This document shows, piece after piece, positions 9,901 to 22,520 of a DNA stretch of 64,000 nt. Every line of letters begins with the position of its first letter. The first letter of the stretch is position 1. The stretch is from Felis catus. Lineage: Eukaryota. The DNA is taken from contig NC_058368.1 in NCBI RefSeq assembly GCF_018350175.1, positions 115,632,001-115,696,000 on the forward strand, given 5' to 3'. Made by a program: the position numbers and the translations under genes. The notes below the pieces were generated by a model. It was not told the DNA's origin. It did no database searches and saw nothing but the letters and a program-made list of their open reading frames with translations.

Positions 9901-11224
9901 GCACCGATGGCTTCTTGCTCTCCGGTTTGGGGGGCTGGCTTGGGGGCTGTCGCTGGGCAGGGGTTGTCTGGAGCCACCTTGAGAAGAAAGAAGGATGGCT
10001 TGGGGACATTTAGAGTGGGGATCTCTTGGGTACTGAGGCCCTGTGGTACCTGAAGGGGGTCAAGCAGGAGCAGCCGGCCTGGCTGACGTGGTGAAAGTGC
10101 TGTTAAAGTGACTGGTACTGGAACATCTCGTCTGCCTGGTTGTACCCCCTGCCTCAGAACCCGGACCTCCGGGGACCTTCACTCACTTGGGGCCACCATC
10201 TCTATTTACCTAAAGTCGTCGGGGCCTGATCAGTGCAGAGCAGCCCGCAGTACTGGAGGAAGGGCCCAAGCTGCCTGTTCGGTTTCTTTCTTGCAGGGGT
10301 CTACTGCTCCCCCAACCGCTGCGGTGACACCCCAGGGAGCAGGTTTAGCCCAGGTTTGTGGGGACCTGGCTGTGCCCAGAATGCATGCGGAAACCTCCCT
10401 ACCCCCACATACCCCTCTTCAGGCCTGAGGGCTGGCTGCTGGACTGGGGCCTGGGGGGATCCTTGGCTTTGGTTCTTGTACGACTTTCTCCACCCCCAGA
10501 AAATGTGTTGGCGCAAGGTTGTCCGCGACCTCAGAGGCCAGATGTCTGGGGAAATCACCACATAGCCACATGGTCTACGCCAAGGCAGCCTGAACAGGAA
10601 GGAGTGACAGCTGCATGGCCCCCACCCCTGCATATCACAGAGGCCGGCCTGCAGGATGAGACCTATCATCCACCTGACGTGGAGGCCTTCTTCCCACCCA
10701 GCTGCTTTGAGCCTGGCTGAGATGGAGGCTAGACTTGAGGAAGGACTTCCTGACAATGTCGGGGCCTCGCTTCAGGTGGGTGAGGGCTTTCAGGACGAGG
10801 GAAGGGGCAACTTCTGAAGCTGAGTGGGCAGCGAGCTGGGCGAGATGAGCTGCCTCTTGCTATTGTTCCTGGGAGGAGAAAAAGCAGCCCATATTGGGTG
10901 GGGGCTCTGACCCCCAACCCCTTCCCAGTGTCACAAGCTCCCTTAGAGCACCAGGAGCTCAACAGCCTGGCCTGGCACAGCAGGGGCAGGCGGGGGTGGT
11001 AGGAGGCAGCTTTCAACTCCAGCTCTGCCTGGGAAAAATTCCCTTTCATGTGGCTGCCTGTGATCTCTCCAGGCGGCTCTGCCGAAGGGGGGCGTCCAGC
11101 GGGGAGTAGGGGGAGGTGTTGTAGCCAGGAGCACCCTCATCCCCTGCAGGAGGCAAACTGCAACACCTCCAGATCCTCGAGTGGGTGGGGAGGGTCCTCC
11201 TTGGGGGCATCAGGGTGGGAAGCC

Positions 11225-11243
11225 TGGCCAGCAGGGGGCACCC
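11225..11243 (+). promoter_or_regulatory. CTCF motif (forward)
   Basis: TGGCCAGCAGGGGGCACCC is very close to the CTCF consensus TGGCCACCAGGGGGCGCTA. Confidence 0.7.
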
Positions 11244-11604
11244 AGGCAGGACGCCCCCGCCTGCCCCCGCCCTGCTGCTGGCAGTACACAGGCCGCAGAT
11301 GGCCTCGGCCAGCCCTCATTGGCATGCCTACAGGTGTGGGGTGGACGGCTCCAGTGCCAGCCCCGAGGGGGGTGCTGTGACTCAGCCAGGCTGTACCTTT
11401 TAGTGTGCCAACCCACAGCCCAGCCATGGCTCCTGGGCCTACCCCTCAACACAGAGAAGCCCTAAGCTTGAAGCCCCTCACCTCTTCCACCTCTTCCAAC
11501 TTGGGCCTCTGTGCTCTGCTTGTGGAAATGGTAGGCCAGCCCCTCTGTCCGGAGGAGGCGTAGGCAGGGGTGGGGATGGCTGTGGGCTGAACGCAAACGC
11601 ATGA

Positions 11605-11745
11605 TGAGACCTCAGTTACCTCATCTGGGAAACGGGGACAATAATCATCTCTCCTCCATAAAGTTGCCTGAGGTTGAAATGAGATCACTCTAGGGAAGGG
11701 CCTGGCTCATCTTAAGCACTCGGTCAAATGGCAGCTGGTGTTGCT
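11605..11745 (+). mobile_element. MIR
   Basis: cctcagttacctcatctgggaaacggggacaataat...tgaggttgaaatgaga...cctggctcatcttaagcactc. Confidence 0.7.
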
Positions 11746-12324
11746 ATTTTAAAGCTATTCACCTAAATCTCACCAAGATGTCCCCCACCTTCTGCCCAGG
11801 GTGTGGGTCCTCCCTAAAGCCCTAGCCACCTCACCTCCTGCCTCCCACTTCTCCCTGCCATGGGGTAGCTGCTGCCCCTTCCCGCGGGCTCCAGCCCGGG
11901 CCAAGCCCTGCTCCAGCATTGTCCATCTCTGCCCATTTCTGTCTGGCTCACTGTCTCCAAATCTCCATCTTGATGGTCTCTATTGGTCTCTGACTCTCTT
12001 CTCTGTCTCTGTCTTACCATCTTTCCACGTCTCTGAGTCTCCACGTGTCTCTCCCTGTATCTTGCACCTCTGTGTCTTCTGTTGCAGGCTCACCCCTGCT
12101 GCTCTCCCGCTGACAGGGAAGTACTTAGAGGGAGGCTTCCTGTGGAGCTGTATGTCCAATTCCCTTCCCTAGGGGTGCCCTCCGCTCCCCACTGCTACAG
12201 TTGGGAGCCTGACTTCCTGGTGACCTGGGAGTCCTCAGCCCATGCTCTCCTTTCCTCTACCTGGATGGCAGGGGTGGTTGGGGGTACACCCGAGGAAAGA
12301 GAGAAACCCAGCCTCCGTGTAACC

Positions 12325-12930
12325 ATGTGTGTGAGTGTGTGTGTGTGTGAAACAGAGAAACAGACAGACAGACTTCAAGGCCCTGACAACCAGGTGAGGC
12401 CTTGTGCAATAATGTGGATACATGTGACACGAAAATAGATCTGTGACAGTGTGTGGTAGGCTATGTGAGATCTCATATGGCCATGGGTGAACGTATGACA
12501 TCAGCAGCCACACTTTGGGGTATTTTGTGACATTGCATGTGTAATCTTGTGACACTACAATCCTGTAGCAGACCCAATGTGATACCAGGTTGTACGGCTC
12601 GATGTGTGACATTGGGCAATTCCGTGTGTGACATCGGATATGCAACACTGATATTGTATGGCATGCATGACCCTGTGACAGACACTGGGTGATTCTATGT
12701 GGCTTGGGACATTGTGTCTGTGTAACCATCATGGGTGTGGCCCGAGACTGACACCAGGGATTCTATGTGAGTGTATGATGCCAGGTTGTGACCGTGCTGT
12801 GACCCTGTGACACCGCTTGCATGACCCTGGGCGTGTGCTCGTGACGTTGTGTGTCAGTGTGCACCTGTGATCCCCTCGGTGATGCTGACACTATATGCCA
12901 TGTGTGGCTTTGTGTACAACATTTCCTGGG
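12325..12930 (+). repeat. TG-rich degenerate low-complexity array with recurrent TGTGAC
   Basis: About ten exact TGTGAC copies plus many variants in ~400 bp. Confidence 0.75.
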
Positions 12931-15139
12931 TCTCCGCCTTGACGGCGTGCAACTCTGAGGACAGAGCGGTGTCCCTGGCAGCCCCTCTTGCCCACAGCCG
13001 GGCCCTGAGGCCCAGTCTGAGTGGGGGAGCTGGTGTGGGGGCAGCAGGCGCAGTTCCCACGGCTGCCACAGCCCCTCTCCCGGCCCTACCACCAGTTTCA
13101 GCTCCACAAAATATCCTGGCAACCCCAACCTCTTTGTTCTCTGTGGCCGCCAAAGGCCTCTCCTCACCCCAGCCTGCCCAGCGCCTGCCAGGCACCCCCC
13201 TCCCCTCCACGGCAGCAGGGTTTGGCCTGATCTGGTCCCTCGGTGCCCTTATAACCATCCCCCCCACCCCCTCACTGAGGCCCCTGTCTCATGCCCTGTC
13301 AGCACTACAGACTGGACCTTTGACCCTCTGCTATGAGCTTGCTGCGGTCATGTTGTGCAGGAAGAAGGAAGCAGCACAGCTCTTGTAACGTACTAAGTGA
13401 TTGTGGGCCAGGAGCTAGGTTCTCTGTATGGTTATTGCCCTTTGGTCCAAGGCTAGTTGGAGGCTGTCTTCAATCTAGAATGGTTTCAAGTTGTTGAGTA
13501 AGTTTTCTTCTTTGGCTTCAGAAAATCCTCAGGATAAGGATTACTACCTATTATACTGACGAGAAACTGAAGCCCAGTGAGAGTGCATGATCTGCCCAAG
13601 TCACAGAGACAATGGTAGCAAGGGTCTTACTAGAACTCGGGCTTCTGGCCTCTAGCCCCTTGTACCAGCATGCTTTGGGAGGACCAGTTGCCTCCATGGA
13701 AGGGAAAGGGGACTTAGGAGTCTGAACACATGGGTCCTCTTCACTTCTTGGTCCCCACATATCAGTGTGTGTGTGCGTGTGTGTGTGCGTGCTTGCCCTT
13801 GCTACATGACCTTGTCCAAACACCCTTGCTTCTCTGTTTCTAGGAAAGAAGGGCAACATAGCCAGGGATTGTGGGGTGGGGTAGGGCACTTGGCAGGGTG
13901 CTTTGCCAAGCAACAAGTTCACTTCACAGTGCCAAGACCCACAGTATTTCCAACAGGGACATGGGGCTGTTGGCCCCGGGGATAGATTCTGACTTGGGCC
14001 CTTAGCCTCTATTCTCAGATTCGACTTAGCTCTGTGCAGTCACAAAGGGCGTAGTGATGGCCACTTGGCTCAGCTGCAGTCAAGGCTGCTTAGGCCTGAC
14101 CTGATTGCAGCACCAGCTCCCGCTCCCTCTCAGGTGCCAGAGATGGATGGATGGAGGTCATTGTGCAGCCTGCCTGGGCCCCCCACTGCCCACCCGTGGC
14201 CCTATGCTGACAGGCAATGCTGACAACAGCTAAGGTGGGGGAGGGACAGGCAGCCACCAGCATGTTAATAATACAGACCTTGGCCCGGGCACCCTGCCGG
14301 CAGGTAATGGGCACAGAGAGGCTCAGCTGCCCCCCAAGGTCACACAGCCCTGCAGGGAGTCCCATCCCCAGAGGTCCACATCTTCCCTGAGGGCCCCTTG
14401 AGGGCTCTTCTTGCCACACAGAGCAGAGAGTGGCTGGGGAGGATGGAAGGGCTGCAAGAGGGTCCCCCCGAGGCCACCGACCCGGCTGCCAAAGCGGACA
14501 CTTTCATCTCTCTTCGCCTGTCGACCTGCCATCCCTCAGCGGCATTAAATTCCCCTCCTGCCAGAGAACAAGGGCTGCTTCAGATTCCAGGCAGCAGGGC
14601 GTGAAGATGGGGCGGGCCCTGGGGGGAGGAGAGTGGGGTCCTCCAGGGCTCCAGGCCTGGGTGCAAAGTGCCTGAGCTGGGAGGGGGCGGCTGAATTTGG
14701 GGGCTCTGGGGGTCCAGCTAGTAGCTGGCCTTCTGATGCAGGTTTGTTTCCTGTTGCATTCTCCCTTCTAATGGATGCCTTCCTCTTCAGGTGCTACGTC
14801 CTCCAGGGCCTTTTTCACCCCAGCAGGCCAAGTGTAGTGTCCCTGCACCACCCCCACCACTGTACTGATCACTCTAGGTGACATCACCTGGCTTCCGGGC
14901 TGTGGTCTACAGTTCAGGGAGGGTGGCGTTAGCACCAGAAAACCTTCTGTAGGCTGAATAAATACATTATCTCCTCTTTCTGGGCATTTTTTCCTCTTGC
15001 AAATTTCCATCCCTAATTTGAGCGCTGTTCACAGGTGGGAGAGACTTACTAGAAAGAGCCCCCTTTCCCTAGACCCCATAGAACATCCATACTCTGCAGA
15101 TCTATGCTTGGTTAGAGGTACTAATGATATCCCCAGTCT

Positions 15140-15330
15140 CACTATGCATAAAACTTGTGGCCAGGCATTGGACCAATCCATTGCACTTACTAGCTCATTG
15201 AATCCTCACAATAATCCAAGAGGAAGGCATTTATCAGTCAGTCCATTTTATGGATGAGAAAGTTGAGGTTCAGAGAGGTAGAAGTGGAAAAACACACAAG
15301 GTCAACACAGCTGGGTTCCTCTGGTTTCAG
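15140..15330 (-). mobile_element. MIR
   Basis: ctcattgaatcctcacaataatcc...ccattttatggatgagaaagttgaggttcagagagg is the MIR reverse complement. Confidence 0.75.
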
Positions 15331-18300
15331 AAGTTGTCCTTTAAACACCTGGTTATGCTTCAGGCTTTGGCTGGAAGGAGCCCCCACCCCCCCCCCCACC
15401 CCACATGCTGCCTGTGATCATGCCCAGATGTGGGATTAGGGTCAAGCATTACTTCCTTAAACTTTTCTGCGCTTTCTGACTCTGTGTTTTTTCACTCTTT
15501 TTTGTTGCAATAGATGTATATTGCTTTTCAAATCAGAAAACCTAATAAAAGTTCTTTAACCAAATGTTCTTAAGCCCAGAAAGGTTTGGAAACAAAGAAT
15601 ACTGTGTGGAGTGAGGGTGGGGGATGAGAGGGTAGCCCAGGAACACTGCCCTCTCCCCTGGAATGACAGGGTTTGGGTATTTGGGGGGCCCAAAGTGGGT
15701 GCAGCCTGAATCCACTTGGGCTTCTGCCTCCATGGTGACTTCCCACCACTCTCCCAGCCCCTCACCCAGCTCTGAGGCCTGTCCAGGAGGGGGCACCGCA
15801 TGTGGCTGAGTTTTAGCTCTGCTGCAGGAGGATCCATAGGCAGCTGCTGGGGTCCAGGGGGAGTGACTGCGAGGGTGAGGGCCAGAGAAGTGCCCGCCGT
15901 TGATAAGGCGACAGAGCCCTCGGGAGCCAGGATGCAGTGAAGCCATGGAAACGTGGCTGAGGTGTGAGGCTGGTTCAGCGCTTCCCTCAGGTGGCTGCCT
16001 CCCAGGCCTGTTGGGGGCCCAGCAAGACAGGCCTATTCACTCCCTGACCTCCTGAAGACTGGGCTTGGGCAGGCTGCTGGGCACGCTTGATGTCACCCCT
16101 GCCCACTTTCCCCAGGGCCAGGCTGGGATCAAGCATCGGGTCTGAGTGGGGAGAGCTGAGGACAGAGGCAAGGGTACTCTGAGTCCTCTGCCCCAAAGTC
16201 CCCTGACCCCATTCAGTAATCCCTCCCACTTTCTACTACCCAGTTACTTTCCTATAAATATGTGTGCATTATTTACCTTAAGCATTTTGATAAATCATAA
16301 TAGCAGAGACATCTGCTGTCAAAACTGCAAACTGCATTTGGGGCTCAGCTGGTGGCCGAGGGCTAGAGGCTGGGGGTACAAGGGTTCTGATGGCCCAAGG
16401 GGGATAATATGGATGACACCCCCCCCCGCAACTCCTCATCCAAGGAAGGGCCTTGAAGGAGCCCCAGACCCCATCCTTTGGGACCCCTCCTCACCAGCTG
16501 CTGACCACGAAACCTTCCCAAGGAGGCTATCCACACCCCCCCATCTGTGTTCCCTCCTTCTGCCTCCCTCTGCCTCAGAATTAATGCAGCCGTGACAGCG
16601 GCTGAGGAGTCCCCGGAGCGGAGATTAACTCCTGGGGCAGCGCAGGCGGGGTTGACCATGGGAGGCTGAGGAGTGGGGGCCTGATGCACAGTCCTCACGA
16701 GATTAATCGCCCTGCAGCCGGCTTCATCACGAGGGTGCCCAGTGCTCTGACCCCCCCACCCCAGCAGGGGCACTTGGCTCTATCAGGAGCTTGCCCTGCC
16801 TCCTGCAGCCCCCACAGCCCCCAGTCCAACTGGTGGAAGGATTTTGGTTGCTGAAACTGAGTTCCCTTATTTTGTCTTACCTTCCTGGTGGCCATCGGGA
16901 ACCCTGAGGACCAAGCAGCAATCCTGTGGCCTCTTTCTCTCCTGTTCCCAGCTTGGCTCAGCAGCCTAGGGAGGGAGAGGCTTTAACCCTTGCCTGCCTC
17001 CTGCTGGTTCTGCTGGCCCCACAGGCCTGTGGGTTCTGAGAGCAGAACTGGGGGATGGGGGGCTCAAAGAGGAGTGCAGTGGGACTGCCAGCTCCAGCCT
17101 AATGGGCCTGCTGTCCAGCCCCTCTACCCATCCTGGGGGAGTCTGTGGAGATGGTGGATGAAGAGCATCCTGGACAGATACCAGAGTAAGAATTGCTGGT
17201 TGATAAAGCACTGGGGCCGGGGACCTGGGTATTGGCCTTTCTCGGCTAGTCACCCACTTAAATATCTTCTAGGGGCTGCAGCTAGTGTGACTGAGGTTAG
17301 ACATGGGAGTAAAGTCCCCCAGGCAGGTGGGACCTAAGGGAGGCGGGGCTGTGGTTGGAATCTGCCTTGACTCTGCAAGTCTGGCTGGAGAAGCCTCTTC
17401 TGTGCACCCACTGCCGCACGTGCCCCCATCACAGCCCTGCTGGAACCGTACCGCGTGAACTCTTCTTGTTCACTTGTTGGTTTTCCCAGCTAGAAGGTGA
17501 GCTCCAGGGAGGAAGGGCTTGTCTTGCTGGCACCTATTAGGTGCTCAGTAATGCCGAACAAATGGATGAGTTGGAGGTAGAAGACATGGGTTGGCCCTCT
17601 GTGTATAAGGAGTAGAGGGAAGAAACTATTCGGTCTGAGCTTGAGGTTCCCAAGTGCAGTGCCACAGGCTGGGGGCTGCCAAGAGGGGACCCCAAGAGAA
17701 AAAAAGGGTCTGCAGCCAGGTACTGAGTTGATGCTCACAGGCTCTATGACTTTCTCTAAGAAGCCTCTTCTCCAGGCTTTAGTTTGCACATCAGCAAGTA
17801 ACCCCTTCCCAGAGGTGCTAGGGGCGTGGGATGAGAAGTCCTGCATACAAAGAACCTATGAAATCTTAAGCCTTGTACCCCTGGGTGAATACAAGATCTG
17901 CATGGATGGGAAAAACCAAGAAGGCTTCTCAGAAGACTGTGAGAGGAGTTGAACCTCAAAGAACCATGCTGCTTACCTAGGAGACTTGGAGACTGGAACT
18001 TCAGCGGCAGTGAGGAGACAGTACCGGAGGAAGTTGATCCTGAGCTCCAGGATGAGTGTTTATATTTTGTCTTGGGGACAGTGGAAGCCAGTGATGGTTC
18101 CGGAACCTGGGCAGCCTTTGAAAGGACTTAAGTCTGAAGTGATCTCTTTAGTCAACCTGGATGTGTGGGGCACATTCCTAACCATCTCTCCACCCTTGCA
18201 GCTGGGGTGGGGAGTCAGTAGGAAGCTGTGATCCTTGTCAGGTCCTCTTCCGAGGAAACTAAAACATATCCTGTGCTAGAGAGTCGGGGGAGGGGGGGGT

Positions 18301-19218
18301 TAAGCCTGACAAGAAGTGATCTGTAGGTCTGGGGGCCTTGACCACTCATTACAGGGTGGGGAATCCAAGCCAGGCTGGTTGGAAGGCTTCAGAGCCTGTT
18401 CACTTCCTGGGGATGGAGATATAGGGACGTCTGGGCCCCACCTCTTACCCCCAAGACCCTAGAGGCAGCAGAGTTCTGGGCTTGGAGGCAAGGGGCTAGG
18501 ATTTCCATGCAAGCTCTGCCCTCTAGCTGGCTTCATGATCACATGACCAAATGCATAGCCAACCCTTCCTGTTCCTGACTTCTCCAATCAGTGCAATAGA
18601 GTCCGTTCTGGCATCAAAGTTCTAGGCCTTTCCTGGGGTGTTAGACCTCAGGAGGGAGCTTTAATTTCAGGGTCCTTCACTCTAGCCCCCTCCCCCACCC
18701 TTGTGCTAGCCCCCCCTTCTGCTCTGCCACCCACACCCCCGTCACCCCTGACCCTGTGGCCAGCAGCCTCTGCTGCTGTCATCCGTTGTCATGGGAACCT
18801 CGCAGCTCTGACCTGGCGGGCGCTGGAGAGAGCTGCCCTGGAGCTCCTAGCACGGGAAGCCAAGGGTAGCAGGGGGTGAGATGGGGGTGCCTATCCCTGC
18901 CAGGTTGGCTGGGTTCTGATGCATCCCATGGGAAGATGGCATTGGAAAGATGACCTGGATGGGGGGTGCTGGGGTGCAGGGTCTCAGGGCCTTACTGCTC
19001 CTACTCCCTAGGGTCTCTGCCCCTTTCCAGGCTGCCCCCCGCCAAACCTGGATCCAGACTGGCGGTGGTAGGGAGAGGGGGGCGGGGGCCTTCCCATCTC
19101 CCTCATTGCCGATGGTTGTTCAGAGCCCTGAGCTCAGCTCATTCTCGAGGCTAAAAATACCAGGGAGGCGGCAGCAGCAGCTCCCCTGACACCCTGTCCG
19201 CTGCACCCCCCCACCAGC

Positions 19219-19220
<2 letters not shown>

Positions 19221-19256
<36 letters not shown>
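19221..19256 (+). repeat. (CA)18 microsatellite
   Basis: Read directly. Confidence 0.97.
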
Positions 19257-19260
<4 letters not shown>

Positions 19261-20339
19261 GGACCAGGTGCCAAGGTACAGCTTAACTCATAATGGTCCA
19301 TGGAGTTAACTGAAGTTCTGTCCCTGTGTGAGACCCAGAACTGGGCTCCACTTCCACCTCTGACCTCAATTTGCTGTGTGATTTTGGGGTAGTCCTCCAG
19401 CCTCTCCAGACCTTGGTTTCCCTTTCTGTGTAATAAAGGAGCTATCAGGAAGAGGGGAGGCTCAGGAATGGAGGAGAGTCTGCCCCATCTCATTTAATGA
19501 CCATAATAGTCCTGGCAGCTCCTTGAGGTATAATCTCCCTTTTCTAGATAACCACACTGAGGCTGGGGAGGTAGGGGTAGCTCAAAGGGTGCTAATTGGG
19601 CCTTTGCGTTCCAGGGTGGTCCTCTCTTGTCCTGCAGTGGCCAGCTGAGCTTCTGGGACCCACAGGCATTTGGTGAAAAATAGGTCTGTGCCCCCACAGT
19701 AGGGTGGGGGTCAGCTCCCTCTAATCTCACAATAATTCCCAGTTCTGTGAGCATGATTGCGACTGAGGAGTCCAAACTGCCATCCACCCAGGGTCTGGCT
19801 GAGGTTTGAGGTAAAGATCCACATTGCCCACCCATCTGTGGTTGAAGTTCAGGTGAGTAGCTACACTGCCCATTTGCCCTGGGCCTATGTCTTCTTTCTA
19901 CCAACCCTAGGCTCAGACTTCGTTTTGGGTTTCATACTCTCTGTTCTGGAAACCAGAATTTTTGCTCATCACCTCTGCTTTAGAGGAGGCCCAGTGTCCT
20001 CTGCGGACCAATGGGAGAAAGAAACATGAGTGCCCCTGCTATTTCCAGGAACCTTCTGGCACCCATGGAATCCACCATGGAAGACACGGTCATTGAGCAC
20101 TGAAAGGCCTGGGAAACCAAACCTTGCTCTCAGAGAACCCTAGGATTCCGCTGCTGTGAAACCTGAGTCACTGAGTCCTGCTCCTGTCCTCTTACCTTGC
20201 CACCCAACTCCATGGACATCTTGAGAACCACAGGGCGTACCTGCCCACAGACCCAAGGTCTCAAAATCTAGGCCTTGTTTCTGCAGGACCAGGGCATGGA
20301 TTCTCAAAGAGGCCACCCAATTCTGCAGTGCAGACCGGC

Positions 20340-20565
20340 TTTGAGTCATACAGTCTAAGTTTGCAGCCTCAGCTTTTCCCTTCAGTTACTGTGTGACACT
20401 GGGCAGGACACTTCATCTTTCTGGGTCTCTTTGTCTATCTGTAGAACAGGTGTTTAATAATACCTGTTCAAAAAAAAAAAATAGTACCTGTTCATAAGGG
20501 TTGCTGCAAGGGTTAAGTGAAATATTTCTATAAACTGTCTGGTGGAGTAAAGCACTCGATAATCA
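20340..20565 (+). mobile_element. MIR containing a small poly(A) insertion
   Basis: ctgtgtgacactgggcaggacacttcatctttctgggtctc...ctgtagaa...taatacct...agggttgctgcaagggttaagtga. Confidence 0.75.
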
Positions 20566-21914
20566 TTCTTTCAGGAGGCTGGAAGGGGAGACGCATGCTC
20601 TGAAAGGGTTTGGGGATATTTGTTTATCAGTTATTCCAGTGTCAAGAACTATGTTGGTTGCTAGGTCTCAGGGCTTAAGCCCCCAGCTTGGGTCCCCCAC
20701 TCTGAACTAGGGGCCTCCAAAAGAGAAGCATTACCTATTAGTTTTGTGAACATATTCTCCACCCATAAATGGACGCTCTTAAGTAAAACATCAGTAAACT
20801 GCATCACATTGGTGGGGAAAATTAAATGTAAATTAGATAGTTAAAAATGAATCCGATGCCCACTGCTTGACACTATTACCTCTTATTAAAAGTTATGAGA
20901 TGTGGGCCTGAGAGAGGGGGGAGGTTGGTGGGAGGCATCTGATGGGGATTGGGGCTGTGAGGGATTGCCTACTGGAGCCCTGTTTGGTCTTTGGAAGAGG
21001 CAGACCTAGGGGATGGTCCTGCATAGGCTCTGGAGAATTCTGGGGATGCTGGGACCAGAACCCTGGGTGTGGGCCTAGGTTCTGCAGATTGTGGGTCCCT
21101 GAGTCCATACCTTCCCCTCCACAAACCTCAGTGGTTCTTCATTTGTAAAAGAAGGATAATAATAGAACCTACCTCACAGGGCTGAGGTAGGACCAATACG
21201 AGATGTTTAGAAAGTACCCAGCCTTGGGCCTGGCACATAGTAGGTGTTCATTGAATAGTTGTGATTACTAGAATATCATCATCACCACCATCACTGTGAT
21301 TAAGTCCCTCTCAGCAGCAGGCCCTGAGCTGAGACAAAAGCTTTACAGACAAAAGCTTCTACACAGGCGGCCCCTTTTAGTGCATGGGGAGGATACTGTT
21401 ATCTCCACTGTATTAGATGAGGAAAGCAAGTCTCAGTCAGGGGAATAAGGGATCTAGGATCACACATCCTATGAGGTAAGTGGCATTGTTTATTATTCCA
21501 AGGTCACAGAGGAACCCAAGGAACAGTAGTACTCGCCACACAAACTCTGCTTCCCAAACTTAACAGGTTACATTGACTGCTTTTTTTTTTTTTTTTGTGC
21601 ACCTGCCCTGTGCTCCAGGTCCAGTGCTGGGTGTGGTGCCCACAGGTAAGTCATTCTGGAGTGAGGAAGACAGTCAGCCAGTCAGCCAGTCAGCCAGAGA
21701 GGAGAGAGAGGCTAAATCCCAAAGGAGTATTCTAACCAGAGCAAGAGTCCAGAGAATATACAGGCCTGGGAAGGGGGTCTGAAAACAACCCCCCACCCCC
21801 ACCCCGGCCAGGTGCGATCTGGTTCAGTATTATGAGAGATTGAAAGAGACTGGAGGGAGAATGGGCAGGGCAGGTAACAGGACCAGCCCGAGCAAGGCTG
21901 GGAGGCTGGAAAGC

Positions 21915-22520
21915 CGGCGGCCAGGCCTGTGGTGGGCTGTGGAGGGTGCACGATGAGGGGGTGGGAACACGGAGCGGGTGAGTCACCGTTTCTGAGCCAG
22001 GCAGGCGGCTGCTGCGGAGCGGGGGGCGCATTCCTGGCTGGCAGGGCGGCCGGCACTAATGTCTTTCCCACATGGCCCCGAATTCCCGGCTCTCGGCACG
22101 ATCACACGGGCAAGACGCTCCCGCGGCCACCCCCGCCCCAGCTGCCTCCTTCCCACAGAGAGGGGAAGGGGGAGGGAGTGCGGTGAAGGCGGGCGGAACT
22201 GGCCTCTCCCGGGAGGGCTGGGGGTCCGGGGGTCTTGGGCTTGGCCTCCCAGGGGCCTGCGGCCACAGCGCACCCTGCGCACTGAGAGCCACTCACAGGG
22301 CGGTTTTAATCAAAATAAGAGCGGGGCTGGGCCTGTGAAGCAGGAAAGGAAGGAGGCGCGGACGGCCATCGGTCCCTGGCCACATCCCTGCTTCTCTGGC
22401 CCCCACTCACCCACCCCCGCCCTGTGCAGGGCCCTGGCAGAGAAGGAGCGTTGTTGGAGGGCGCCCTGGCAGATCCGCGGCGGGACCGTCCGCAACTCCC
22501 GCAGCCTCCGATTGGACGCC
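21915..22520. promoter_or_regulatory. Orphan CpG island
   Basis: Dense CpG and high GC, with no supportable coding exon. AP-1 site TGAGTCA at 21979. Confidence 0.75.

Noticed and set aside
21332..21362. 15-bp tandem duplication agacaaaagctt(t/ct)ac
   Set aside because: Ordinary local slippage duplication inside a MIR-like segment.
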